A stretch of 64,000 nt of DNA from Mobula hypostoma (GCF_963921235.1 NC_086128.1:13268001-13332000); one strand, 5' to 3'. Shown: positions 40,106-54,467, counted from the stretch's first letter. Translations and numbers: made by a program. Notes: generated by a model from the letters alone, not told the origin.

Positions 40106-41092
40106 CTAAGTACACATCCTTGAGGTGCATCCTTTATAGAGGATAGTCTTTTGAAGGCCCTGGTTGAGTCTTCCCCTGCAGGCTGAATCATAACTACGGA
40201 AGCTTTCCATACGTCCCTTTGGTATCTTTTTCCAATCTGTGCCCTTTGGGAAGAGCTTCCCTCCACTTACCCTCTCTAAACCTAATATTATCTTATACAC
40301 TCCCCTCAAATCTCCTCTCACACCCAGCAATACTTTTACTCAGAGAGTGAGTGGGTAAAGGCGCGCTCTGCTTGTTGGGAATGTGAGCTGTGGTTATAGA
40401 AGTGACAGGTGACATTAAGCTGGAAACACATGGGATCCACGCACAGCCATGTTGTGTTGTTTAACACCAATCTTAAATGAAATTCATTAAAGATTCAAGA
40501 CTCAAGATTATGTAATGTTATGTCCTGCACACAAGTGCAAAGAGAATGAAATAATTGATACTCCGGGTCCAATGCAGCACAAAAGACACAAAAGATAAAG
40601 AACGGAATAATAACAATAATAATAAAAACACTATAAATATAAATACATAAGATAGATTGTATACATAGATTGATTGTATGTCCATAAATTGATGCTAGAC
40701 TGTACATGAGGTGACTGACAGGAAATGGTAAAGTAGTGGTGGTGGGTTAGTGGCTGGAGGTGTTGATCGGCCTTCCTGCTTGGGAGAAGTAACTGTTTTT
40801 GAGTCTGGTGGGCCTCCGCTGAATGCTATGTAGTCTCCTCCCTATTGTGAGTGGGACAAACAGTCCATGAGCAGGGTGGGTGAGATCCTATATGATGTTA
40901 CCAGCCCTTTTCTGGCACTCTTCTGTATACAGGTTCTTGATGGTGGGTAGGTTGGTGCTGGTGATGAGTTGGGCAGCTTTGACTACCCACTGTCGAGCCT
41001 TCCTGTCCACCCTAGTGCAGTTTTCATACCACACTGTAATGCAGCTTGTTAGGATGTTCCCTACTGCGCATCTGTAGAATGATGTGAGTATA

Positions 41093-41352
41093 TTTATTTA
41101 TTTATTGGGATACAGCACGGAATAGACTCTTCCAGCCCTTCGAGCCACACTGCCCAGCAACCCCTGATTTAATCGTAGCCGAATCACGGGACAATTTACA
41201 ATGACTAATTAACCTACTAGTGGGTATGTCTTTGAACCGTGGGAGGAAACTGGAGCACCCGGAGGAAATGCATGCAGTCGCAGGGAGAACGTACAACTCC
41301 TTGTAGGCTGTGGCAGGAATTGAACCCGGGTGATCTGTACTGTAAAGCACTG
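41093..41352 (-). mobile_element. V-SINE (HE1-like)
   Basis: GGGTTCAATTCC B box, TTTCCTCCGGGTGCTCCAGTTTCCTCCCAC, (AAAT)n tail. Confidence 0.78.
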
Positions 41353-42346
41353 TGGTAATGTGCAGAGTTCAGTTCTTTTCAGTCTCCTCAAAAAGCAGAG
41401 GTATTCCAATGACTATTCCTTGAATTTTTGGTGTCAGTATAAATTAGGTTGCAAGTGACACCACTTTGAATCTCTCAGCTGGATTTTGGCATTGCCGATG
41501 AGACCAGCATTCATTACCTATCACTAACGATATTTGAACTGAATGGGTCAAAAAAAAAATCCACTGAAGGAACTCGGTGAGTCAGACAGCATTTTGGAGG
41601 GAAATGGACAGTCAACATTTCAGGTCAAACCCCTTTATCTAGCCTGAAAGATAAGAGAGGGAGATGGCTGAAATGTCAACAGTCCATTTCTCTCCACAGA
41701 TGCTCTCTGACCTGCTGAGTTCCTCCGGTAGTTTATTTTTGCTCCAAATTCCAGCCTCTCCTGTGTCTGCATTGAACTGAATGGCTTTCTGGACCATTTC
41801 AGGAGGCAGATAAGAGTCACCGTCATTGGTGGGTGTGGAGTCACAAATAGCCCAGAAGAAAGAAGGATGGCAGGTTACCTTCCCTGAAAGACACTAGCAT
41901 ATCAGTTTTTTTTTTAATGATAATTAGATTAAGGCTCCTGATTATTATTACTATTATTATTATTGAGCCATGGTTACTTGAGCATAATAGGAGGAAGATA
42001 TTGAACTCTGTCTTCAGTATGGAGATTGAATGGTGGCCAATTGAATCAGAATGTTTTTTCAAATGGAGACTTCTCTGTAGTCTTTTGTTTATAGTTGTAC
42101 AATTCTGACAACTCGTGCCGGGTGGAAATGAGCCACCTTTATGACACTCGGAGAAAAGGATCGAATTTCCCTGCGCCCTCACTGTCCATGGGTCGGGGGG
42201 GCGGGGGGGGGGATGTCAGCAAACTGTTGGTTAAGGGCAAGGGTCAAAGGATAGGAATAGAAACACAATGTGCATAGCATCAAAAAATAACTGGGTACAC
42301 AGATTTCTTTCACTCCGCAGTTTTCTGAAGTATTACTGATCGTCGC

Positions 42347-42427
42347 GTTGTCATGGTAACAAGGTCTTTTCATTTCAAAGCGCAGGAGTGGCTGCTTCAC
42401 GCCACATGCTGCTGTTACCTTGGCAAC
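42347..42427. promoter_or_regulatory. Pair of RFX X-box motifs
   Basis: GTTGTCATGGTAAC (42347-42360) and GTTACCTTGGCAAC (42414-42427), with a GC box near 42196-42210. Confidence 0.55.
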
Positions 42428-45400
42428 TGTTGTCCAAAGTGTTTTGGCTGAGATTTGAGGGAGAAGCCACTTAATTTACATTGAAGGGAAAGGACTGCTT
42501 TATGAAAAGCAATGACAAGTTTATTAAATAAAGGTTTGAAGTACTCTATTAGTAACGGAGGCCAAATCCATTCGTTTAGAGGGTTAATGAGATAGAGTGC
42601 ATATTGGCTGTGGCAGGATTCCCTTTATTATGCCAACATCTTGTTGTACATTACCTGTGATGTCCACAGCCCTCCTGGGGAGAAAGATTCACCAACAACA
42701 TCTCCCTATCTAAGTTCTGAATGGCCAACCGCTTAGCCTGAGACTGTGACCATTGGTTCTAGACACCCCAGCCAGAGAAACACCATCTCTGTCAGGCCTT
42801 TTACCATTTTGTCTGTTTCAGTGAGATCCTCTCTCATTCATGTGAAGAGTATCTGCACAGTCCGCTTAATCACTCTTTATACAACAAACCTGCCAGCTCA
42901 GACGTCAATCTGGCCAATCTTTGCTGCACTTCCACAATCATAAGTATAGCTTTCCTTAGGGAGACAGACCAGGCCTGTGCAGAGTATTCCTGATGCAGCC
43001 TCACCAGCGTTCTCCTTTATTCCAGTAAGATGTCTTGCCTTGTCAAATCGTCTTGCAATAAAGACCAACATACTGTTTGCCTTCTTATTTCTTGCTGTAT
43101 CTGCATATTAATTTCCAGTGATTTGTGTACAAGTCCCTCTGAACACCAACACGTTACAACCTCTCACTACCTTTACAATCTTGTCCAACTTTTTTCTATC
43201 AAAGATTATATCTCGACATATTTTTCTGATTATATTCCAGCTGCCATATCTTTATCCATTAACAATCTGTTCTGAAGCTTCTCTGCATCCTCCTCACAGC
43301 CCACACTGACACCCAGCTTTGTACCATCAGCAGCCCACTGGTCACAGCCCTCTAACCCGTTTCAAAGCTGCCAGTCTGGCCAAGTAACAGAGTTTGTTGT
43401 GTTTGCAATGTGGTCTCCTGCTGCTACAAATAGCTAATTCTCATGTCATCTACCCATCTACCCTGTTTCAGTAAAGATCAATGAGCAGTTTTAGACTTCA
43501 TTTGTAAATGAGGGCCCACTCAGTTGCTGTTCCTTAGTGTTTCTCATCTTCTCTCTACTTCAGGCCATTTTTCTACAATTCCTTAAAGAGCAAGCCATGT
43601 TAGGACACAGCTTATGAATAGAACTACTCCCCATGAATAGAACTACTCCCCAAAAGTACAGCAGCATCTAAACACAAATGGCACCCATGGTTGTTGTACC
43701 AAGTCTATTGGAGAATAGGATAGGAAGGGGCCAGAGAGGAAACAGACAAACTTGCTTACAGAGGATGCCGGAACTGAAACATAGAAAACCCACAGCACAA
43801 TACAGGCCCTTCGGCCCACAATGCTATGCCGAACATGTCCTTACTTTAGAAATTACCTTGGGTTACGCGTAGCCCTCTATTTTTCTAAGCTCCAACTCCA
43901 AACTCTGATGCCCCACGCTGTAATAATGTCATGTTACCATGGCCCCTACAGTTGTCCTGTCCTGCATTACAGGATGATACCTTAAACCTTGGCTAGATGT
44001 TAGTAACCCAAAATGCATGATGCATCATTATGAGAGATATTATTCAATATACAATCCAAACAGATCTCTGTTGTAGTCACTGACTTGGGTGGTGAGTGCT
44101 CTGGAATCCATTCTACAGCTTCTAACCCACTATTACCAGACTCTTGTACTGGAAATGCACAGTGGATGCAAATAATAAAACGCAAGATCGTATGAGGTAG
44201 ATTATGAGGCCAAGAGTTCATCTTATCATACAAGAGTCCGATAGCAGTGGCATAGAAACTGTCCTTGAGCTTGGTGGTACATGCTTTCAGACTTTTGTAT
44301 CTTCTGCCTGATGGGAGAGGGGGAGAAGAGAGAATATCTGGGGTGGGTGGGGTCATTGATTATGCCGGCTGCTTTACTGAGGCAGCGAGAAGCATAGTCC
44401 ATAAAGGGAAGGCTGTTTTCTCTGATGTGCTGAGCTGTGTCCACAACTCTCTGTAGTTTCTCTCTTCATCCTCCTGTTGAATCATGCCAATATGGTTCTA
44501 AATTACAGAAGGAACCCCCCCCCCCAAAGCAATCCCCCGAGGTGTGGCTGTGTCTTTACTGCTAGCTGTGTTGAGGGATGGGCAAACTAACATTATGGAA
44601 CTGTGACCCCCAACATCAGAACCTGAAATGCAAGGCTAACATTATGAACAATGAATTTGGCTATCATTTCCAGATCTGCTGTGCTGGCTGGACTATGGAG
44701 CTACAGCATGAACAAGTCAGCAGAATGCCACCCCTTGATCCACACAGTGTTTATCCCCCCTTTTGCACAGAGAACAAAAGAGAAAGCAAAAGAAAGCTGG
44801 CGTCACTAACTGCTGACACATCCACTCGTGCCTGAATCTGCATTGTTTACACAGCTCTACATCTCTCTTTGCTTAACATCCACTGCATTTTTTCCCCATC
44901 TAGTTTGCTGACAGCAAGTTTAAAAAAAAACAAGCAACTGATAAGCTGTGTTAAAGATATTCTAACAAAAGAAATGATTTTGAAAGAATGTTTCCAAAAC
45001 CGTGCCATGTGCCACTTGTCAATTTATGTTCAATTCAACATTTAGTCGATTAAACTGATGCTTTTACAAAACCCTGTTGTCCTTCGAGAATCCCTCAGTT
45101 GTACAGACTCACTGCCAAGCTTGCTGTATTACCTGTGAGGGATAATTAAACACTGAACCATGGCTATTTCCTAGGCTTTCACTATGGAACACACACCTGG
45201 CACGAACACTTCACTTTATTCCACACCTCTCACTAATTCACAGCTGTAACAATGCTACCTCAACACTGAGATGTCAGTGAAAGTTAGACAGGTAGCCCGA
45301 GGCAGCAACAGGAGGAGTTGTTCAATACAGACCTCCCCACCCCAACCCAGTCGAACACATGGACACATGAACCATAGCTGTGTAGGTGAAATATTAAGGG

Positions 45401-48400
45401 GTGCTGACAGAAAAAAAAAGTCTGGTGGGGAGAAAACTGGGAGGAAAATATAACATTGAGAAGAAGGCTGGGATAGGTGGGGGTGGGAGGTGTGGAATGA
45501 AGTGATGAGTGAGTGGGGGAGAAATGCTTTGTTCCTCGGGAGCTCTCATACATTTTCAATATTATGCTTGTTCTCCAGATAATTACTCATGAATATGTTT
45601 ATTTGAAGATGGTTTCCACAGAAAGCCTGTTCCCTCTCTCTATGCCTTGGTTTAATTTATTATTGGATTAACATCTGTTTCTGTCATGAACCACTTATCA
45701 GAGACAGGAAAAGCAGAAGGGAGCAGCACGTGTTCCAGACACACAGCAAATACTGATCCACTTTTCTCAACCACCTTTTCTTACTTCAGAAATCATAGAA
45801 ACCCAAGCACGTTTCACAGCCTTAAAACTGAAATCAGCCTCTGTGATCTGTGTAATGTTTTTCATCCATACAACCTGTAGTTCTCTGCACAGATTTGCAC
45901 TTGATAGCAAAGACCTTTGTATTTGAGCTGCTCCTTATGATCTGCATGATATCATTCTGGATTCTCTGCTGATCTCAGACCAAAACTCTCTAACAGTGCT
46001 TCCCTCCGCAGATTTGCACTGCTCACACCAACGTCTCTGTAAACTCTCCCATCCTGACAAGCTCTCTAGATGGTACAGCATTGGAACTGGTTTATTATTG
46101 TCCCATGTACCAAGATACAGTGAAAATCTTGTCCTGCAATCTGTTTCTACAAATCAAATCATTACACAGTGCATTGAGGTAGAATAAGGTAAAACAATAA
46201 CAATACAGAATAAAGTGTAAAAACTACCGAAAGAGTGCAGTGCAGGTAGACAATAAAGTGCAAGATCATAACGAGGTAGATTATGAGGCAAAGAGCCCAT
46301 CTTATCGTATCAGAGGTCAGTTCAAGAGTCTGATAACAGTGGGGTGGAAGCTGCCCATGAGCCTGGTGGTACATGTTTTTAGGTTTTTGTATCGTGTGCC
46401 TGGTGGGGGAGTGGAGACTAGAGAATGTCTGGGGTGTTTGAGATCTTTGATTAGGCTGGCTGCTTTACTGAGACAGTGAGTAGTACAGACTGAGTTTATA
46501 GAGGGGAGGCTGGTTCCTGCAACGTGCTGAGCTGTGTCCACATCTCTCTGCTGTTTCTTGTGGTCACAGGCAGGCCGTTATGCATCCAGATGGAATGCTT
46601 TCTATGGTGCAGGAGGTTGAGCAGCCTAGGACAGGGAGACACAGTTTGAGAATAAGGGGTAGCCATCTAGGGCTGAGATGAGGAGAAATGTATTCATTCA
46701 GCGAGAGATGAACCTTCAGAGTTCTCCACCCTGGAGGCTCAGTCATCAAGTCCTGTAATCAGCGAGCCCTGGGGTCAATCTCGAAGCCCAAAGGATGAAG
46801 ATCAAAGTTGGTGTGTCTGGAAGCCAGAGGCCAGATGATTGAGACTCCTGGGAGTTGGAGACCTGAGATCTGTGAGTTTGGGCCAGAGACTGGCACTTGG
46901 AGACCTGGAGGTGGCCTGTCCTGGGTTTGGAGATGAGGGGAGGGAAGGGGAGATGGGGGGAGGGGAGACAGGGGGGGGACAGGGAGGGGGGAGATGGGGA
47001 GGGGGAAAGGAGACTTGTTTTGCTGTTGTTGTTTTGGTGTTGCTGTGTTATTCTTGCTTGAATTGTTTTACTTGATATGGGTATGCTATGTTGGTGCTGT
47101 AATGTGTGGCAACACTTGTGGGCTATCCCCAGCATATCGTTAGGTTGTGTTGGCTGTCAAAACGAATGATGTATTTCACTGCATGTTTCAATGTACATGT
47201 GATAAATAAATGAATATAAATGTTCATTCAAATCCAGAATTCAATGGATTTCTGGGCATTAAGGGAGTCAACAGATGTGGGGATAGTGCAGGAAGATGGT
47301 GCTGAGGTAGAAGATCAGCCACGATTTTAATGTACAATGAAGAAGCCTCAAAGGAACGGATGTTCTGCTCCTCTTCCTGTTTCTTATGTTTTCTTCCAAT
47401 TTTAACCCTTTCACTATTACAGCCAGCTGCTTGGGACCCAAGCTTTGGAATTTTGCCCCCTATACCTCCCAAACCTCCCCACCTCATTTTCCTGCTTTAA
47501 GATGCTCTTTGAAATTGACTGACAACTAAACTTTATGTTATCAGTCTTGAAATTTAAGGGTGTTTCATGAAGTGAATTTTTTTTTGTGTGTGTGACTCTA
47601 GCCCAGTTTAATGCCTTGGGACATGTAACGTCAAAATTTAGATTGCATTCTGCCTCTTAAACAAAGTAATGTTTAAAATGGATACTCAGGGTCCCAGTCT
47701 GGGAGTTGTGGTGCAGGCTAAGCAGCTCTCACTGCCGTACACTGCAAGCAAGGTTCTCGTCAAAACACAAATTCCTGCTCACTGTGTGAGAGCTGGAATC
47801 ACTTCATGACCCGATTGAAGTAAAAACTGTGTGGAAAATGCATGGATAGCGGTGTAGAAGTGGGTGGGGGGGAAGCTGGATCTTCAAGGGGGAAGAGGGA
47901 ATCTGGGACTGGTACTTTTGAGCTTCAGAAGGATTGATCACCTAACAATTGTGGCAATCAAAACACACAACACCGGAAACACTCAGCAGGTCAGGCAGTA
48001 TCTGGGGAGAGAATCTTACTGCCAACTGTTTCTCTCTCCACAGACGCTGCCTGGCCTGTTAAATATTCCCAGCACCCTGAAACATAATAATCTCAGCTTC
48101 TTTTCTCTGCTGCACTCTTTTCATTTCCCTCATCCTTTTCTCCACCTCGACCATCCATTCAGCCATCTCTTCCTTCCCTCGGTCACCAGTCCAAACTTCC
48201 CCTAGGTCACCTCTTTCCCTGAACCTCATCTGGTCACCTGCCTTCATCCCTTATAGCTCACCTTGGCAACAAATTCCATCTTCTGCTTCCCTGACACTAA
48301 ATTAGTGATTGAGAAACTTCCTGCCATCGAACCAGCTCTCGACCCTTTTGTCCCTGTAAACTACTCCTCCTTCTCCAACCAACCTTTTCTTTCTAAAAAA

Positions 48401-48779
48401 ATCGTGAGTAGGCTGTTGCCTCTCAGATCCGGAACTTGTTCAGGTTTCAATTTGTGCAATAATACAAACATGAACATTTTCAATGTTACAAATAATTCTT
48501 TATGTGAATGCGACAATAGTAAATATTTTGTGATGCCTTGTTATTGTCATACAGCTGGGTGGGTCTCCAATCACATGGTTCTATTTTTATCTCTTCAGTC
48601 ACAGTCCAAAAATCATCTGCAAAACACAAACTGCTGGAAGAACTCAGCAGGTCAGGCAGCCTCCATGGATCTGAACAGTCAACGTTTTGGGGTGAGACCC
48701 TTCTTCAGGACATCTACAATAGCTTGTCTTTCCACACCAGAACCACTCATGTACAAATCGAACACCACTTTTCATTGCT

Positions 48780-48986
48780 ATAACAAGGAACCTTTAGTGA
48801 ATAAATTGAAGTATGCAGCATCCCAAATGTCAAGATCCCTAATGGCTAACTTGAATCCAGCCAACCATCCCAGTCTAATGCACTGTTAGGTTTAAGTAAT
48901 GCTAAGTTTAAGTCTAAGTCAATGCTCTGCAACCGACCAGTAGTGGGACCAATTTATTGGCTCAAGTTATTCCTCAGCAAGGGAGG
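48780..48986 (+). repeat. Diverged direct duplication, copy 1 (copy 2 at ~50519-50678)
   Basis: Shared blocks ATAACAAGGAACCTT, CAAGATCCCT, CTTGAATCCAGCCAACCAT and TTTATTGGCTCAAGTTAT. Confidence 0.8.
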
Positions 48987-49674
48987 GGAAATACAGTATC
49001 ACTGTATTCCCCCTCCTCCCCCAGCCTGTTCTTGGTCTCCTCTCATTTCTTATCCACACGATAACATCATTGTCCAAAAACTCAGCATCAATTTTCACGT
49101 GAAGAATGACATCTAGCTCTACCCCTCTAAAACCTGCCTTCTCCTATCCTTTATATCTGTGTTCTCACTTTGTCTCACAAACAGTACGGGATGAGAAGAA
49201 GCTTCCTCCAATTAGATATTCACAAGACTAAGGCCACTGTCTTCGGACCCCATCAGAAATTCAACCCTGCTGCCATTTGCTCAAAAGTTCTCCTGAGCGA
49301 TCATCTGACAGTGACTTTAAAGTGTGGTGGATTATAAGTATGTTATCTACAACATAAAGTACAAGATATTCTGCAGTAAACTGTTCCAACATCTCAAAGT
49401 CATGAGAGAAGGTATTGTTGAAACAAATACTGGGATATTTGAACTTTTCTTCAAAGTGAATCATTGCGATGTTAACCTTTTTTTTACAATTCTAATCTCC
49501 CCAAGTGAATATAGAAAACAAGGTTTTGGATTGCTAGTTATTTGAATAATAGTTGTGCAGTTATATCAATTCTTGAACATTGTAAAACTCATTTGTTGCA
49601 GGACTTTGAAAGCATCCAATTTACTTATAACAACATAATCAGGTTAGAGGCCAGAGTTAAAAAAGTTGCAAATT

Positions 49675-49688
49675 GCGCCACCTCCTGG
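49675..49688 (-). promoter_or_regulatory. CTCF-like motif
   Basis: Minus strand CCAGGAGGTGGCGC, one mismatch to the CCASYAGRKGGCRS core. Confidence 0.45.
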
Positions 49689-50052
49689 CAAACAGCATCT
49701 TATTTCATTTGAAAATTGGCTGTCATTATGATATGAAGGCAACTCCTAGGTAACATGAGTCACATGGCTATCTAGATACAAAACTTTTAACTGGCATCCT
49801 CAAGGTAGTTTATAATTATCAATCATGAGGCATCCATGTCTTGAATTTCTATAAATGCTGTACTTGGGAGGGAAAAGAATTGATTGGAAATCAAATGAAA
49901 TCCTAATGTGATCTACACAGAGGGAGAAGGGATGTCGACTTTCAACTGATGGTTGATCATTAAAAAGAGGATCTTTAATCAGTTACAATTCTTAAAAACA
50001 GCCAAGGACACCCATTCTTTGAAATTCATACAATATCTTCTTGCTGGCACCA

Positions 50053-50297
50053 CATGGCTACGCTATTACTGCTCAGTGTTCAATTTCGATGTTACCTGTG
50101 AGGAATCAGTACATCTTCCCCGTGGAATGCATGGGGTTCCTCCAGGTGCTCTGGTTTCCTCCCACCATCCAAAGACGTCCTGGTTAGTAGGTTAATGGTT
50201 CATTGTAAATTGTCCTGTGATTAGGCTAGGTTTAAAATCGAGGGTTGCTGGCAATGTGGCTTGAAGGGCCTATTCCGCATTGTATCTCAATAAATAA
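50053..50297 (+). mobile_element. V-SINE (HE1-like)
   Basis: Same family as the two copies above; AATAAATAA tail. Confidence 0.75.
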
Positions 50298-51957
50298 GTT
50301 TAGTATGGTATCTTTCCCTACTCTGAGAGAGCCTTACTGTTTTTAAAACAGACTTAAAAATACTGCATAGGCAACGTACACAAGAATTTATCCTAAAGGG
50401 GTACAGAGGCAAGAGATAAGATTTTATAGTACTTACATGCAGAAACAGGCAGTGCTCAACATCAGCCATACATTTTCTATAGGATTATAGAATGGAATAC
50501 CATCTTTCAGTCAGTGCAATAACAAGGAACCTTAACTGAATTAAGCAGCATCCTTAAAGCCAAGATCCCTGATGGCTAGCTTGAATCCAGCCAACCATTC
50601 AAGTCTAATCACTGTTGCATTCAATGCTCTGTAACTCAACAGTAGTTTATTGGCTCAAGTTATTTCTCAGTAAGGGAGATTAGAATTCAGTTAGTGTTGC
50701 TGTTCCACTATTGTTATCCACTGGCTCTTGTTGGCAAGAATACCAAGTTTGGTTGAAAGTATAGCTGGGTTTGACTCGAAAATAACTTACCAGCATTTAC
50801 TATTCTTATTTCAACGATCTTTTGGGTGAATGATTATGCAAAAGTCACCAACTTCTGGAGAGAAGGTTAGGAGAAAGAAAAATCATTCCCACCCTCAGCC
50901 CATTTGAGTGGGTCTAATATTAATATTTTGAGTAGAACTTACTAGTTCCCTATGAATATTTTTTTTGTGCCAGCAGACGACATGGAATGGTGTTCATTTT
51001 GATTTTAGTTTTGCAGATATTGAATGCTTTTGCTGTACTGTTGTGCTCCTGCTTTATATTAAAGTTATCTTCCTTTGTTGCCTTCTATTTAAATATAAGG
51101 AATGCCTAATGTTCTAATGAGGCAGAATGTTGTGGAAATGGTTACTGAGGCATACAAGTAATTACCTCTTCATTTCCATTCCCAATTTGTGCTTTCAGAG
51201 GGGAAAAAATGCTTACCATTTCCTTATGGGCAATTTCATTACAACCTGTATCAGAGTCAGGGAAGTCATGAGTCCAGAATCCCAAAAATCCACACTGGCA
51301 GCTACAGGACAACACTTGCATAATTTAAATTTATATTTTTCTTGTGAATATTGTATATTGGATGCTGTGTGACTTTGATACTGCTGCAAGTAACTTTATC
51401 ACTTCTGCGTGCATACATGCATTTGTGTGTATGATGATAAACTCGACTTTGACTTTAAAGGAGCTCCACATTCATAGAGACATTGCCTTTGGACAAGATG
51501 TAACTTTCCCTCCTAGGTAGATATAATAAACTATTACAAAGCCCTTGAGGCTATGGGGCCCTATTCATAGATTGTAGATTGTCTTAGCACTGTCAAAATG
51601 AGAAACATCATTAATTTTATGTTATGGAAATGCATCATTAAATCCACTAAGGTGACATAGAGTCCTCCTTAATTGCGAGTTTAATCTCCAGCCAAACAGT
51701 ATTATCTTTCCCCTGCTACCAGATTGAGAACAATAATAGAGAAAATGTGCATTGCCCACCTCAACTGTTGGTATTGCAATTGAGGCTGCTTAAGTCAGGA
51801 AAATCAGGAATCAAATCTAGGCCCTACAAATGATCATTTCTGGGTAATTATTTTCCTCAAACAGTAAATAGACACCACTGTAAGGAAGAGTCAAAAGGAA
51901 AAGACAAGATTGGAATGGTTTAGAAATCATTTAAAACTCAAAATAGTCAAGTGAAAA

Positions 51958-51963
51958 TTTATT
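51958..51963 (-). terminator. Candidate polyA signal (AATAAA) of the troap-like gene
   Basis: Minus-strand AATAAA about 1.2 kb after the stop, at the end of a TE-free AT-rich stretch. Confidence 0.35.
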
Positions 51964-53162
51964 TTAACTTTCAAAACTGCATAAATTACAAGACAAAAGA
52001 ACTTAACTTGTGCCCAAATACAACAGATATAGTCAAGATTTAAGCATATATTGGTTATAAAGTGTAAACAATAGTTTTACTGACATTCAGGGCACCAAGC
52101 CACTGGCTCATCAGTAACTAGTTAATAGGAATTTTGTCAGAAATATTAAAACTCAACCCTGGCACACAAAAGCTCCACTCAATGGGGAAGTGTGCAAAGA
52201 TAACATCTGAATAGTATAATGCCATACTTACATATTAAGTACAAGTCAATATGATGCTGAGTAGTTTTCAGACACACCAAATGATGGAGGAGACTGAGGA
52301 TGGATGTTGTATTTTTAAATTTGCAAACATATTTTGGTGGTGTCGCAAGATTTACAAATAGACTTTGGCTACCTTCACTGTTGAACACTCCTGGTTGAAT
52401 CTGAATCAAATGAGTCACTGGATTTGGGAAACTACTTTTAAACAGGTTATTTTACACTTGGCTAACAATTCAGTTTAAACTGGATACATTACTGCACCAT
52501 GGCATTGTTAGAAAATAAACTGTTGTCCTTGTACTTAAGAAGCAGTCATATGTACCAATATATGCTCTGCATTCTCTAGTTTAAATAGGCATTGCATTCC
52601 CTTAACTTTGTGGCAGTCGCCAAGCTCCTGCAATCAGTTTATAGGGAAATTTCAGTTAACTGGTGTAACTCAAGGTTGTGAAACTGCAGGAGTCCTTTAA
52701 TAATAAAACTGGTAGCTCCAAAAGGATTGTAGTTGCATGCATCATAATGTCTTGTTCATATCAGAGATAACAGGAAACACACCACAACTTATTAATCAAG
52801 TGGTCACAGTGTGTTAGTGTATTGTCAGGTACACTGAAATTTAGACAATTTCCACATTGCTGAAAGACGTTGTTTACAATAGTAGGTAGAAGTGTTACGT
52901 TGCCCGGATGCTTGTGCGAATCAGGCAGTGTATTGAATTGATTAATCACTAAGTGCTTACTTGTACAAATGAGACAGCATATGTAGAGAAAGATTTATGT
53001 AAATAAAGTATGGTCTTTGTGTTTTAGTGTGGAACACTGAAAATTGCTCTCCAACTGGCAATGTAACCAAAGTTCAAAGGGCATCATTTTACTGCAATTA
53101 AACTTGTTTCCTCACTGGAATTAGAACAATAAAACAGAAAATTCCAAACTTCATAAATGCAT

Positions 53163-53264
53163 CTACAGGGCAGGGCTTCCTTGCTCCTCCTGAACAGACA
53201 GTAGACATTCCTTGACAGACTCCTGGCTGGTTATGCGGGGAGGTAGCTCAATTGGGACAAAGTG
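53163..53264 (-). CDS. troap: TROAP/tastin-like last coding exon (HFVPIEL...QGSPAL*)
   Basis: ttcacag|CAC, 102 nt ending in TAG. HFVPI and QGSP echo tastin CFIPV...QGSP. Confidence 0.83.
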   Translation of the reverse strand, partial: HFVPIELPPRITSQESVKECLLSVQEEQGSPAL

Positions 53265-53766
53265 CTGTGAAGCAGAAATATATATAAAAAAATTACAATC
53301 CAAGATTTAGAAGCTTCTAGGCTGAATTTCAGGGTTGCAAATTTGTAAAGTTACAAACCAAAAAAAATGGAAAGCAGCTGCTTCCCACAGTTACAATTTC
53401 ATTACATCTGGGTTCAAGTAATGGAAACTTCTGCAAAGTTCTCTAAAATTTAAAGATGAAATGCAATTAAAGTGGTGGCAATGTGCTTACTTCATGCAAA
53501 TTGGCTTCAGCCAATTTGAAGATTAACTTGGAGTCTGACTTTTGAGTGTCTTCCCTACGATTTGCACCTCACTTTGTGTAAGCCATGCATTGCTTCATTG
53601 TTTACATGTATTTAGGTCGATTTGTAATGTTGTTGTATACAAGCAGGCCACTAATCTAGATCTGGCATGTTGTAAACCATGAATGGGTCAAGGAATATTG
53701 ACCCATTTCTTTCCTTACACTGGGGATAGGACAATATTTTTTTTGTTGGTTGCCAGTATTACTCAC

Positions 53767-53966
53767 CATAACTTCTTGCTGCTCAAGTATTTTGGCCACA
53801 GGGTTGGTGCAGCTTCTTTCTTTCCTCCCATCAAGTGACAGATTGACATGAGGAAAGTAGCAGGCAACCTCTTCATCCAAAAGAGCCTCCTGAAAATGCT
53901 TCCGGCACCCAGAATGGATCTCACCAAACCTCTGTTTCATGTCAGTCAAGTACAGGCTACTTCTCT
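53767..53966 (-). CDS. troap: TROAP/tastin-like penultimate coding exon
   Basis: ttcag|AG...ATG|gtgagt, 200 nt, phase 1/0, matching both neighbours. FQEALLDEEVACY...SCTNPVAKILEQQE parallels tastin FHEARLDDECAFY...VCTNPVATLLEWQD. Confidence 0.87.
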
Positions 53967-54431
53967 CTGAAGGTCAGAATGGACAGGTTTTAAAATTCAC
54001 AGTGCAGCTTCAGTAGTATTCTACTGGAGTCTTTTGGTGACAATATATCCAAGTCAAACATAATTTACTCTCTCCAAGAGTTCTCTAATCAACACTTGCC
54101 TTTACGCTTTCCAAAAGTGGAATGAGTAACTATTTCTAAATTGCATTCAACAGGTTTCACAATTCACAAGTATGGGATTAAACAACAGTTATTCATTGAT
54201 TCACGATCAGGGTAGAAGGTGGAAGTGTTACGGGTTGGAAACTCCACTCCAGGACTCAACCTAGGCCAACACTGGGTGTATTTTAGCTATTCCTCTTCTG
54301 TTACACATTGTGCCAAATCACCACTGTATACACAAACAACAGGAATTCTGCAAATGCTGGAAATTCAAGCAACACACATCAAAGTTGCTGGTGAACGCAG
54401 CAGGCCAAGCAGCATCTATAGGAAGAGGCGC

Positions 54432-54467
54432 AGTCGACGTTTCAGGCCGAGACCCTTCGTCAGGACT
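54432..54467 (-). ncRNA. Minimal hammerhead motif, intact core
   Basis: AGTC-CTGACGA-AGGGTCTCGGCCT-GAAA-CGTC-GACT. Confidence 0.8.

Noticed and set aside
43614-43651. 19-bp perfect tandem duplication ATGAATAGAACTACTCCCC
   Set aside because: Ordinary slippage or repair duplication.
48263-48889. 208-aa plus-strand-reading ORF listed at 48263-48889
   Set aside because: It crosses a Penelope fragment and the local duplication, starts at TTG and has no recognisable motif.
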